A stretch of 61,787 bases of DNA from a virus (taxonomy: Duplodnaviria; Caudoviricetes): the IMG/VR virus record IMGVR_UViG_3300025101_000028, positions 1 through 61,787 of that record; one strand, given 5' to 3'. This document shows positions 15,103 through 23,649 of this stretch, piece by piece. Below the pieces are notes generated by a model. That model ran no database searches. It was not told the DNA's origin and was given only the letters and a program-made list of their open reading frames with translations. The translations under genes were made by a program, and so were the position numbers. Positions within the stretch are counted from its first letter, which is position 1. The number at the start of each line of letters is the position of its first letter.

Positions 15103-15480
15103 TCAAACAATTACCAAATATTCCCTGTCGATTCCTAATTGACCAACGTCATGGTATCGTGTGTCACACCATTGGACAATCCAAAAGCCCTTGTGATTTT
15201 TGCTCTCAGCGACAACAAGTCCAAGACCAAGTTGTGGAACTGTTCTGTGTTGGACTAATTGGCCAATGGACATTTTTTGTCCGTTTTCGTACCCTATAGA
15301 AATGTCAAGTATTTTTTTCTCGAACCCTATAGAATTGTCAAGTTTTTGACATGTCAAGGGATTTTTGCTAATTTTATTTGTTTTCCACTTTGTAAACTTC
15401 CAAGCTGGGGACTTTGGTTGTACTGTGTTTAGTCCAGCTCTTTTTAAATACTCTAGTATGCTATCTATTTCTTCTGTCAT
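15103..15480 (-). CDS. ORF ending in an SH3-like domain (internal ATG at 15273), reading through the boundary repeats
   Basis: GGAGG RBS before MTEEI; C-terminal MSIGQLVQH...LGLVV...IVQW. Confidence 0.6.
   Translation of the reverse strand: MTEEIDSILEYLKRAGLNTVQPKSPAWKFTKWKTNKISKNPLTCQKLDNSIGFEKKILDISIGYENGQKMSIGQLVQHRTVPQLGLGLVVAESKNHKGFWIVQWCDTRYHDVGQLGIDREYLVIV
15267..15283. promoter_or_regulatory. last palindrome copy (no adjacent promoter)
   Basis: TGGACA-TTTTT-TGTCCG; no full copy seen beyond this point. Confidence 0.75.
15291..15357. repeat. tandem ACCCTATAGAAWTGTCAAGT repeats + TTGACATGTCAA palindrome
   Basis: copies at 15291-15315 and 15324-15347 match 839-892. Confidence 0.85.
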
Positions 15481-15501
15481 TTTGTTTTTTCCTCCAAATA
15501 T

Positions 15502-15530
15502 AATATAACACAAAATTAACACTTTGTCAA
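15502..15530 (-). promoter_or_regulatory. sigma70-type promoter without palindrome
   Basis: TTGACA-17-TATATT. Same class at 21063-21091, 25287-25314, 27507-27535, 28523-28551, 32906-32934, 34878-34906, 35883-35911, 40864-40892, 47193-47221, 52087-52115, 53175-53203, 55967-55995, 56066-56094, 56311-56338, 58925-58953. Confidence 0.75.
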
Positions 15531-15533
15531 GTA

Positions 15534-15839
15534 TTATCGGGAAAAAAGATATGATTTAGTAACATTAGGATGGTCGTCTATATAATCTTCTATATCACTA
15601 TAGCTAACAATTTTTTTTAATTGATCTAATATCTCTTCCCAATATTCAACAGCAGACATGGTTTGCATAACTCTCTGCCTGTACTCAGAGCTTTCTGCTA
15701 AGCTTGAGTCTTTCACTTCTTCCCACACATCTAGATAATCCCACCAAGCACACATTAATTGTTCATCAATGAACAAATAATAAAGAACAGCTTGTTCTTT
15801 TGTAAGGTTTTGATTGATCGTTGGTTTTTTAAGATCCAT
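15534..15839 (-). CDS. hypothetical helical protein
   Basis: ORF, likely start MDLKK. Confidence 0.65.
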   Translation of the reverse strand: MDLKKPTINQNLTKEQAVLYYLFIDEQLMCAWWDYLDVWEEVKDSSLAESSEYRQRVMQTMSAVEYWEEILDQLKKIVSYSDIEDYIDDHPNVTKSYLFSR

Positions 15840-16116
15840 CACAATCTTCTTCACTATTAATTTGAAAGAGGTCAGGGGGTAGTAGTGGGGCAGTAGGGTG
15901 GCAGATCTCCACCACACCGTTGTGGATCATTGCATCTAGTGCCTTGCAAGAGACCAATAGGGTAGTACCATCCGTGTAGGTAATCTCGTAGTTTGCTCTC
16001 CATGAAATTATAGGTACCTTGGCATCGAGTTGTCCAACCTCAATTACCTTGGTTATCACACCAATCCTATCATGATCTCTAATCAGAGTTCCAATCTTTA
16101 ATGCGTTCTTTTTCAT
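15829..16116 (-). CDS. SH3/KOW-like protein
   Basis: LKIGTLI...IGVIT...YEITY. Confidence 0.7.
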   Translation of the reverse strand: MKKNALKIGTLIRDHDRIGVITKVIEVGQLDAKVPIISWRANYEITYTDGTTLLVSCKALDAMIHNGVVEICHPTAPLLPPDLFQINSEEDCDGS

Positions 16117-16798
16117 GCATTAGAGCCTCTCTAATTGTTTTTCTAGGTAAAACATCTAATCTACTAACCATCACCATTTGTGACATCGGCATCATACTGC
16201 CCTCATAAAAATTTGGAACCAATGGTATCGCTGTGACAATTCCCACAACTCTTCCAGCACTATCAAACACAACGGAACCGGATGAACCTGGCCATGCAAA
16301 TGATTGCATAATAATTTTGCTCTGATTTGAATCTGCAACCCATCCGTGTATGACAACATGACCAAGGTCACCCGGGAACCCGGAGTAGTAGAGCTCTTGT
16401 GCTGTTAGGCTGCTTTGTCTATTTACAAGATAGGGTGATGATGGCGTATTATCAAAATCACCATAAGGTTTTAGTATTGCAACATCTCTATAAAGATCTC
16501 TGTAGATAACTCTACAGGAAACAGTGTTTCCGTTTTGTTCTTGTAGAACATATTCTAAATTAGCATCGACAACATGTGCTGCTGTTATGACAAAAAATTC
16601 ATTATAATAGTGAAATAAGTTCCCTGAGCCGTGTCCTATAGCTTCATCATCCGTCATGACAACAATCTTGACGGATGTGGAGTGTGCTCGATTAATTCCT
16701 ATGTTCCAGCTATTAACTACCTTGCTTACTTCAAATTGAGAAACCTCGTCATCTCCATAATAGAATAGCTTACAGCTTAATAAAAATAACAACCACAT
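16079..16798 (-). CDS. trypsin-like serine protease, probable lipoprotein
   Basis: triad motifs ITAAHVV, DVAIL, PGSSGS; N-terminus MWLLFLLSC. Confidence 0.88.
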   Translation of the reverse strand: MWLLFLLSCKLFYYGDDEVSQFEVSKVVNSWNIGINRAHSTSVKIVVMTDDEAIGHGSGNLFHYYNEFFVITAAHVVDANLEYVLQEQNGNTVSCRVIYRDLYRDVAILKPYGDFDNTPSSPYLVNRQSSLTAQELYYSGFPGDLGHVVIHGWVADSNQSKIIMQSFAWPGSSGSVVFDSAGRVVGIVTAIPLVPNFYEGSMMPMSQMVMVSRLDVLPRKTIREALMHEKERIKDWNSD

Positions 16799-16825
16799 GT
16801 AACTTGTTCCTCCACCTCTCATTAA

Positions 16826-16832
16826 TAAATAG
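16826..16832 (-). promoter_or_regulatory. putative late promoter motif CTAHTTA
   Basis: CTATTTA in loop of CCTCTC/GAGAGG hairpin; same motif at 19490, 23673, 25936, 37083, 39348, 46615, 48597, each about 20-45 nt before a late-type gene. Confidence 0.55.
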
Positions 16833-16848
16833 AGAGGAGTATCGGTTA

Positions 16849-17187
16849 TTACTTTGTTTCTCTATTATAATCATCTTGAAGTCTTACAACATCATCTATT
16901 TCAGGTGTTGAAACTTCTATTAGCTTCACATGAGATGAGTTAGGGGCACAGAATCGATGAATTGTCTTAGGTTGTATTCTTAGCGAATCGCCTTTTTCCA
17001 AAATCTGTATGTGTTTGTCTGCTCCTTTGACAATCAAGGTGCCTTCTAGAACATATATAGACTCATCTTTTACTTCGTGGTATTGAAGGGATAATTGGTG
17101 ACCAGCATTTATGTAAAGAATTTTACCTAAGTATTTGTCATTAATAGCCCAACGAATTTCATGTCCCCATGGCTTTTCAACTTTCAT
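16849..17187 (-). CDS. cupin (mannose-6-phosphate isomerase type II-like)
   Basis: KVEKPWGHE, LSLQYHEVKDE, IHRF, EVSTPEIDDVVRLQDDY. Confidence 0.88.
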   Translation of the reverse strand: MKVEKPWGHEIRWAINDKYLGKILYINAGHQLSLQYHEVKDESIYVLEGTLIVKGADKHIQILEKGDSLRIQPKTIHRFCAPNSSHVKLIEVSTPEIDDVVRLQDDYNRETK

Positions 17188-17200
17188 TTGTTCTCCTTTG

Positions 17201-17767
17201 TTAATTCCACAACACATAATCATCTACAATATTAACAGCGTTGTATCCATCAAAGTATTGCAGGTGTTCGTTGTTTGCGGTTGTTATAATTTTTTTATTG
17301 TCTAGCTTTATAAGATTAGCTACTTCATTGTTATTCAAATGATTTAAGTCTTGAAAAATTGTCACATCACTTGGAATAGTTTCATTATAATATAGTTTTA
17401 TTTTTTCGTAATTAAACTCGGATAGTAGTTTAAAACTATTTTTATCTATACTGTTGTTTATAGTTACTAGGGTCGCACTAGCTCTAACAATTGGTTTATC
17501 TGATTTTGTAGATAAGTCATTGATTGTTTTTGTTTTTTTATTTATAATGCCATTATAAGACTCTTCTAGAAGTTCTATATTATTTTTTAAATAATACCAG
17601 ATGAAATATAAATTTTTAATATTAAAATTCAAGTGTATTCTTTCTTTATCTAACAAAAAATACTCAAACAAGCTAAAGTGCGAATAAGGAATCCAAACCT
17701 CGTCATCTTTTAATATATAATTTATTAGTTCCTTGTAGTTCTCTTCAAACTCAACGTCAAATTTCAT
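17201..17767 (-). CDS. hypothetical protein (AT-rich)
   Basis: long ORF, TGATG coupling. Confidence 0.7.
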   Translation of the reverse strand: MKFDVEFEENYKELINYILKDDEVWIPYSHFSLFEYFLLDKERIHLNFNIKNLYFIWYYLKNNIELLEESYNGIINKKTKTINDLSTKSDKPIVRASATLVTINNSIDKNSFKLLSEFNYEKIKLYYNETIPSDVTIFQDLNHLNNNEVANLIKLDNKKIITTANNEHLQYFDGYNAVNIVDDYVLWN

Positions 17768-18192
17768 CAAGACTCCCATTTTGTTGTTTGTTCTAGCATG
17801 AACTTGTAGCACTCTTTTTGATCTACATCAATGCCTTCTCTAGATAAGAAGTCCAAACCAGTCCTCCAGTGATATAGCAGTGCTTGTATTTTTGTCATCT
17901 CATCAGATGGTCTTGATTGGCCGTTTCCAAAATGGTCATAATGTTCCCAAGCTTCACCAAGAACAGGAATTAATTCTAAAAGAGTCAACCAGTTGGTCTT
18001 TCTCCTTTTGTACATGACATGAGCAATATAAAAGTACTCATCATCAACAACCCAGTTTAACACAATAAAAGTTCTCGGGTGTTTGTTAGTTTTAATAATC
18101 TCACAGCAAAGATGCAAATCTAGTTCTTTTAAAATTCTATTGATTGCTTGTTTTATCTTCCTGCTGTTTGATGTGCTTGATAAAGTCATCAT
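17767..18192 (-). CDS. hypothetical protein
   Basis: GGAGG RBS. Confidence 0.7.
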   Translation of the reverse strand: MMTLSSTSNSRKIKQAINRILKELDLHLCCEIIKTNKHPRTFIVLNWVVDDEYFYIAHVMYKRRKTNWLTLLELIPVLGEAWEHYDHFGNGQSRPSDEMTKIQALLYHWRTGLDFLSREGIDVDQKECYKFMLEQTTKWES

Positions 18193-18394
18193 ATCCTCCA
18201 ATTAGCCTCTCACTACCATCAGTGTTCTCAGTTATAATAGGAACAGTTTTGTGGTCATAAGTTTCTTTTATATGATTAAGAACCCTTTCCTGGTTATCCA
18301 TTGGGTAGTAGTGAAATTCTAGTCCTTTTTCTTGCATAAAGTTTATAGCTCTTAAGCAGAAAATACACCATTTTAGTCCATAAATATTATACAT
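18137..18394 (-). CDS. glutaredoxin
   Basis: CIFC, HKTVPII, LIGGYDD. Confidence 0.88.
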   Translation of the reverse strand: MYNIYGLKWCIFCLRAINFMQEKGLEFHYYPMDNQERVLNHIKETYDHKTVPIITENTDGSERLIGGYDDFIKHIKQQEDKTSNQ

Positions 18395-18396
18395 GC

Positions 18397-18672
18397 TTAT
18401 CCTTTTAGTAATTGTTTTGTGTTTCTATTAATCTTTTCCATAATGTGAGATGGTGAACCTACAACTATTAGCTCTGTAAAGCCGCTAATTGCTGCCATTT
18501 TTACATTTGAAAATTTTATGTTTGGGTCCAGACCAAGATTCAATTTGCCTTCTTTTAAAAGGCCATTATGTTCCATAGATTCGGTAACCATAACTATATG
18601 GTTTGGATTTACTATAGCTTTATTAAGATACCACATTGAATCCACATTCGAGATCGTAATCAGTTCTAACAT
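18397..18672 (-). CDS. hypothetical protein, FlbD-like small beta domain
   Basis: IVNPNHIVMVTE...VVGSPSHIMEKI. Confidence 0.6.
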   Translation of the reverse strand: MLELITISNVDSMWYLNKAIVNPNHIVMVTESMEHNGLLKEGKLNLGLDPNIKFSNVKMAAISGFTELIVVGSPSHIMEKINRNTKQLLKG

Positions 18673-18907
18673 TTTTAACTCCTTGTTTTTTAAAAACCCA
18701 ACGGGTGTCAACGCAATACTCTCCGTCATTAAAAAGAATAATGCATTCGCTTGAACCAAAGTAGTCTTTAAACACACCTACTTTTGGTTCTTGTGTTATT
18801 GAAAAAGTAAATGGGATGTGCATTTGTCCATCTTCTTCTTCTCTTGTGTACAAGACTCTATAAGATCCTGTTGGCACATGGACCAAATCACCCATCTTGA
18901 ATTTCAT
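18623..18907 (-). CDS. SH3-like hypothetical protein
   Basis: FKMGDLVHVP. Confidence 0.7.
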   Translation of the reverse strand: MKFKMGDLVHVPTGSYRVLYTREEEDGQMHIPFTFSITQEPKVGVFKDYFGSSECIILFNDGEYCVDTRWVFKKQGVKNVRTDYDLECGFNVVS

Positions 18908-19184
18908 TTTCTTTCTCCTCTAGTTTGGCTCTTGTGTCTTGAAGGCCGTTAAGAATAAGATAACAATCTTCTAGTATTTGATCGGCCTTTGCTAGTTTGA
19001 CTCTAGCAAAGTGAATGGATTCGATGTTTTTCTTTGGGTCTCCAGTACCAGTGTCTAGTTGGTTCTGAAGGTTGATAATTTCTTGATACGCCATGTCTAG
19101 ATCTATAGCTGCTCTGGACATAATTTCAGCAGTTTCTGATTCCACTTGGTCTAGCTCTACTGTGTATGCAATTTTAACTCTCAT
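18888..19184 (-). CDS. hypothetical coiled-coil protein
   Basis: GGAGG RBS, heptad pattern. Confidence 0.7.
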   Translation of the reverse strand: MRVKIAYTVELDQVESETAEIMSRAAIDLDMAYQEIINLQNQLDTGTGDPKKNIESIHFARVKLAKADQILEDCYLILNGLQDTRAKLEEKENEIQDG

Positions 19185-19185
19185 C

Positions 19186-19449
19186 TTAACCTCCTAAGTT
19201 TTGATATAATGTGTTTAAAACTAGAGCAACAAATCCTGTTCCGATTGTCCATATTACTTTTGACATTGAGTCTTTCCAGTTTTCTATTGCCCTAAGTCTT
19301 GCATAAATCCCTTGGTCGGGATTATAAATAGCTTCATTGATTTTTTTTACGTCCTCGTGCATTTCTTCTTGCTTTTCTGCCATTCGTTCTAGATTGTTTT
19401 TCATTTCAATTATAGAAGTTAACAGGTTTTGCATTTGTTCATCAGTCAT
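19186..19449 (-). CDS. coiled-coil membrane protein (holin/XhlA-like architecture)
   Basis: coiled coil + GIYARL + C-terminal TM helix. Confidence 0.6.
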   Translation of the reverse strand: MTDEQMQNLLTSIIEMKNNLERMAEKQEEMHEDVKKINEAIYNPDQGIYARLRAIENWKDSMSKVIWTIGTGFVALVLNTLYQNLGG

Positions 19450-19460
19450 GTGTTGTTCCT

Positions 19461-21032
19461 TTACATTTTAACCACAGCGTGATTTGTTGTAATTAGTGTT
19501 GAGGCAACAGAAACTGAATTTTGAATTGCAGAGATTGTAACTTTAACGGGATCAATAATGCCTGTCTCGAAGAAGTCTTCTATATTATTTGTCATAAAAT
19601 TATAACCTTCAGTCTTAGATGAACCTTGGACCTTTTGAATAATCAAGTCAGGTGACTCTCCGGCATTCAAAGCCATTTGTTTTAAAGGAGCAGTGCAAGC
19701 ATCAATAACAATTTTAAAGCCAAGTTTTTGCTCTGATGTAACATCCATAACATGAACTTGGTCTGCTATCTTTGCTAAAGCAGAGCCACCACCAGCAATG
19801 ACACCCATCTGTTGTGCGGATTTGACAGCTTCAAGAGCATCTTCAATGCGATGTTTCTTTTCAATCATTTCGATTTCGGTAGACGCACCGACACGAATAA
19901 CAGCCACACCAGAAGCGAGACGCGTAATTCTTTCTTGAATACGTTCGCATTCCTTGAGGTTGTCCGTGTTTTGGATTTCCACTTTAAGAACATCAATCTG
20001 TTTATCAATGGCTTCATAGTCACCTTTACCTCCAACAATAGTTGTCCATAATTTAGAAACAGAAATAGATTTAGATTGACCAAACCAACCTAGCTGGACT
20101 TCTTTGATTTGTTTTCCATCTTCTCTTGTTACAAATGTAGCGCCAATCGATGTGCAAAGGTCACGAAGAATGTTTCTTCTTTCTTCTCCATATCTTGGAG
20201 CCTTGACAGCAGCAACCTTGAGGGTTCCTCTAACTGTGTTCATAATAAGAGCGGCAAGGGCTTGTCCTTCGACCTCGGAGGCTACTATCAATAACGGTCT
20301 AGACTCCCTTGCCACAAGTTCGAGTGTTGGTAGTATTTGTTCTACCTGTTCTATCTTCTCATCAGTAACCAAAATGAGAGGGTTATCATATTCTACTGTT
20401 CCACTTCTTTCATTAGTTATAAAAGCGTTCGCAAGGAAGCCAGAATCAAATCTAAAGCCTTCTATTAAGTCCAAGGTGGTCTTAAGGCTCTTCGCTTCTT
20501 CAATCAACACAGAACCATCCTTGCCTGCGGAATCAACAGCTGTTGCTATAAGAGTTCCAATAGATGAATCATTATTAGCTGAGATGGTTGCGATGTCTTT
20601 TATATCTTCTTGAGAACGAATCTGTCTTGCTTGTTCTTTTAGTGTCTCCACTATCTGTTCGCATGCTTGATCCATTCCTCTCTTTAATTCTGTCGGTGAA
20701 ACACCTGTCGCAATGTATCGTTGAGCACCTCTAATCATTTCTCTTGCAAGGACGGTTGTTGTTGTGGTTCCGTCTCCTGCTTGGTTGGCTGATTGTTCTG
20801 CTGCTTGCTTTACAATCGTTGCTCCAACGTGTTCTAATGGGTCATCTAGCTCAATGAACTTTGCGATGGTTACTCCGTCTTTTGTCACCACAGGCATGTC
20901 TTCATCCTTGTGATATAGAATTACGTTTCTTCCTTTTGGTCCGAGTGTGCTTGCAACGTTATCAGCAAGCGTATCAATTCCTTTTAATAGAGCTTCGGAC
21001 AAAGCACTACCGTTTGAATAAGTTTTTTTCAT
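19461..21032 (-). CDS. groEL: chaperonin GroEL
   Basis: TLGPKGRNV, TKDGVT, AGDGTTT, KAPRYGEERR, GIIDPVKV; no GGM tail. Confidence 0.97.
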   Translation of the reverse strand: MKKTYSNGSALSEALLKGIDTLADNVASTLGPKGRNVILYHKDEDMPVVTKDGVTIAKFIELDDPLEHVGATIVKQAAEQSANQAGDGTTTTTVLAREMIRGAQRYIATGVSPTELKRGMDQACEQIVETLKEQARQIRSQEDIKDIATISANNDSSIGTLIATAVDSAGKDGSVLIEEAKSLKTTLDLIEGFRFDSGFLANAFITNERSGTVEYDNPLILVTDEKIEQVEQILPTLELVARESRPLLIVASEVEGQALAALIMNTVRGTLKVAAVKAPRYGEERRNILRDLCTSIGATFVTREDGKQIKEVQLGWFGQSKSISVSKLWTTIVGGKGDYEAIDKQIDVLKVEIQNTDNLKECERIQERITRLASGVAVIRVGASTEIEMIEKKHRIEDALEAVKSAQQMGVIAGGGSALAKIADQVHVMDVTSEQKLGFKIVIDACTAPLKQMALNAGESPDLIIQKVQGSSKTEGYNFMTNNIEDFFETGIIDPVKVTISAIQNSVSVASTLITTNHAVVKM

Positions 21033-21080
21033 TTGGCCTCCATGTTTTAAACTTATGTATATATTATAACCGCATTTGGT

Positions 21081-23648
21081 TTATTTGTCAAGTGATTCTT
21101 GCAAAATTTCTAAAATTAATTTATCAAGCTGTTGGATTGATTCGGAAAGTTCGCTGGTTTTTAATTCTTTGTCCTGTTTCATATCAATAATTGCTTTTTG
21201 TAGATCTTTCTGATTATAGTCAACTTGATTGGCGGCAATTAAATCTTTCTCACTTACCCATTTTGTTATGTTATCTCTAAGATTTGTTAATGAACTAAAG
21301 GCTAACTCGACTTGAGCATTTATTTTGTTCATAATTTTTGTTGAAACATCAGAAAATTCTGTTTCCTGTAGGAAGGAAAAGTCAAAATCACAAACGAAAG
21401 CTCCCTTGTTAACTAAAGAGCCCATATCAAATTTTACATCTTTCTTTGTTAATTTTCCTTGGACTGTTGGGTCGTTAGGTTTTACACCTATACTTGGTGC
21501 GATTACTTCATCTGTTGTAGGGTCTTTTGTGATTGGTCCACTGTAAACAATATAAATTTTTACAAATGCTATTTTATCATCCTTTCCAGCTGGTACAACT
21601 TGTCCTGTTTCTGTTAATTTGTGCTTTATTGCAATAACATACTCCATCGGATCTTTAAGATTAGATTGTGCTTGTTCAAATTCTGTTCCATTGATAAGTT
21701 TAGAACTACCAAGCACTTCCTTGTTTCCAACATTGTAAACATAATCAGAACCCCCTAGATCTCCTCCGACTTGTTTTCCACCAGCGATTAAAGCAAGAAA
21801 AGCCTCAAACATAAAACCTTTTGCTCCTGGTTCTTCAGTTTGAAAGAAATTGTCATTTAAGATTTCTAAACCAACAAATTGAGAAAATAAGGTAGAAATG
21901 TCTTTAGATCTATCAAAATCTCCTGTTTCTTTAAGACTTTTATTAACACTTTCAAGAAACTTACTATAATTAATAAGTTTTTGTTTTAAACTTGTATTTG
22001 GATTGCTCCCACCAGCTTTTATCATCATATTTTTTACTTGATCATCTACTCTTGCTGTCCCAGAGGCTTGTGCCGTACCTACTTTCCACCCAGTTGTTGC
22101 GCCTCGTTTTGTTCTAACTTGACGACCAGAGGCATAATATTCTGTTGCTTTGATCAAGTTGCTTAAAAAAGTTAAAACTTCTTTTTTTTCATCTTCTTTA
22201 TCATCAAATCTTGGATCTGCATTTATAAAACTATATGATGATTTTAAGGCTTTTTTTATATCTTCGGGACTTTTAGTTGAGTTTTTAATTAAGGTAAAAA
22301 TATCTTCTGTCTTTAAGGCATATACATCCTCTGTTGATATTTCTTTCAGCAAGTTTTCTTTGATGATACCAAATGACGAGAAAACGTCCCTTAATGTCAT
22401 TGAAACAACGTTTTTACTTTCATCACTGATATTTAAATTATCAACAGACATGTTGGAAAACACATCCTTACTAATGGTATCGGATGTTTCAAGTTCTTTT
22501 ATTTTTAAGCCTGCATCTTTTAGACTAATCGGTTTTAATTTTCCCACAAATAAAGCAGATGCTTTTTCTTTTAAAACATATTTTATAAGCTCATCTTTAT
22601 GAGCATCTTCTATATTTGGTATTTTGTTGTAGTTTGTTTTGTTTAAAAGTGGTACTAAGTAAAAAAAGCTAAGTAATTTTGCTTTTTGTTTAAGATCCTC
22701 GTTGCTAGATGATGTTAAAGTTTTACCTACTGTGTTGAGAAACGTGTTAGCGCTGCTGACGGGACTCGTTAATTTGGACCACCTCTCCCAATTTAGATTA
22801 TTAAAATATGCCTCGTCTGCTTGTAAGAGAAAGTTTAACAGCTTCATAGATATAGAGTCTGTTGTGTCTACCGATGAAAATCTCGCGTTAATACTGTCAG
22901 ATGTAAATTTAATAGTATTCAAAGTCTCTTGATATTGTTTTTTTGCTTGTTGTTTAGCTTTTTTTTGCTTTTGAACTGTTGTGTACGCAGTTTTGGCATC
23001 GTCTACTTTTGGTTTATTTGTTGCGATCCATTTAGTAATTTTCTGAATATTATCACTGGAGTAGCTTTGTAAGACAGCATCCTCTAATTCAGTTAAATTA
23101 AGATTATATGTTTTTGCATTTTGTAATAATTCGTTGTATTCTCCAACTTTTTTGTTAAGAATTTGTTGTTCTCTGGCTTGTGTCTTCGCTTGTTTAGCTC
23201 TTTCATCAGCTAATCTCTTTTCCTCTCTAGCTCTTTGTGCAGCTAATTTTTCCTTTTCAGCTTTTTTTAGTTTTTGTGCAGCTTTAAAACCTGGGGTTTG
23301 TTTCAAATCCTTTGCTGAAATGCCATGCTTTTTCTTATCTAGGCTGCTTATAGCAGTAAAGACATCCGCTTTTCTTGTATTTTTTAAAACATTTTGAGCC
23401 ACTGTTTTAAATTTAGCATCAGTGTCTTTATGAAAAGCTTTATCAAAGTCTTTTATATCTATTTCATCCGTTTCTGGTGCTAACGCTGCAAATTGTTCTA
23501 CACCTTTTTTGTTTTGTGGTTTAAATGCTTTTAGCCCAACACCTAGTCCTGTTGTTAAACTAGGATCATAACTTCCATCGTCTTTTATTGTAATTTTAAA
23601 CTCTTGTAGTAATTCCTCAATCAACTTATCTAAATCATTTATGCTCAC
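21081..23648 (-). CDS. large putative virion-packaged protein, possible C-terminal PD-(D/E)XK-like domain
   Basis: LDKLIEELLQE at N-terminus and LDKLILEILQE at C-terminus; KGFMFEAFLA...SD...SSKL pattern. Confidence 0.6.
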   Translation of the reverse strand: MSINDLDKLIEELLQEFKITIKDDGSYDPSLTTGLGVGLKAFKPQNKKGVEQFAALAPETDEIDIKDFDKAFHKDTDAKFKTVAQNVLKNTRKADVFTAISSLDKKKHGISAKDLKQTPGFKAAQKLKKAEKEKLAAQRAREEKRLADERAKQAKTQAREQQILNKKVGEYNELLQNAKTYNLNLTELEDAVLQSYSSDNIQKITKWIATNKPKVDDAKTAYTTVQKQKKAKQQAKKQYQETLNTIKFTSDSINARFSSVDTTDSISMKLLNFLLQADEAYFNNLNWERWSKLTSPVSSANTFLNTVGKTLTSSSNEDLKQKAKLLSFFYLVPLLNKTNYNKIPNIEDAHKDELIKYVLKEKASALFVGKLKPISLKDAGLKIKELETSDTISKDVFSNMSVDNLNISDESKNVVSMTLRDVFSSFGIIKENLLKEISTEDVYALKTEDIFTLIKNSTKSPEDIKKALKSSYSFINADPRFDDKEDEKKEVLTFLSNLIKATEYYASGRQVRTKRGATTGWKVGTAQASGTARVDDQVKNMMIKAGGSNPNTSLKQKLINYSKFLESVNKSLKETGDFDRSKDISTLFSQFVGLEILNDNFFQTEEPGAKGFMFEAFLALIAGGKQVGGDLGGSDYVYNVGNKEVLGSSKLINGTEFEQAQSNLKDPMEYVIAIKHKLTETGQVVPAGKDDKIAFVKIYIVYSGPITKDPTTDEVIAPSIGVKPNDPTVQGKLTKKDVKFDMGSLVNKGAFVCDFDFSFLQETEFSDVSTKIMNKINAQVELAFSSLTNLRDNITKWVSEKDLIAANQVDYNQKDLQKAIIDMKQDKELKTSELSESIQQLDKLILEILQESLDK

Positions 23649-23649
23649 T

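Noticed and set aside
2378-15273. Diversity-generating retroelement explaining the SH3 variability
   Set aside because: No reverse transcriptase here and no template/variable repeat pair differing only at adenines
1-15283. CRISPR array formed by the palindromic repeats
   Set aside because: Spacing is about 180-2200 bp and filled with promoters and genes; no cas genes in the window
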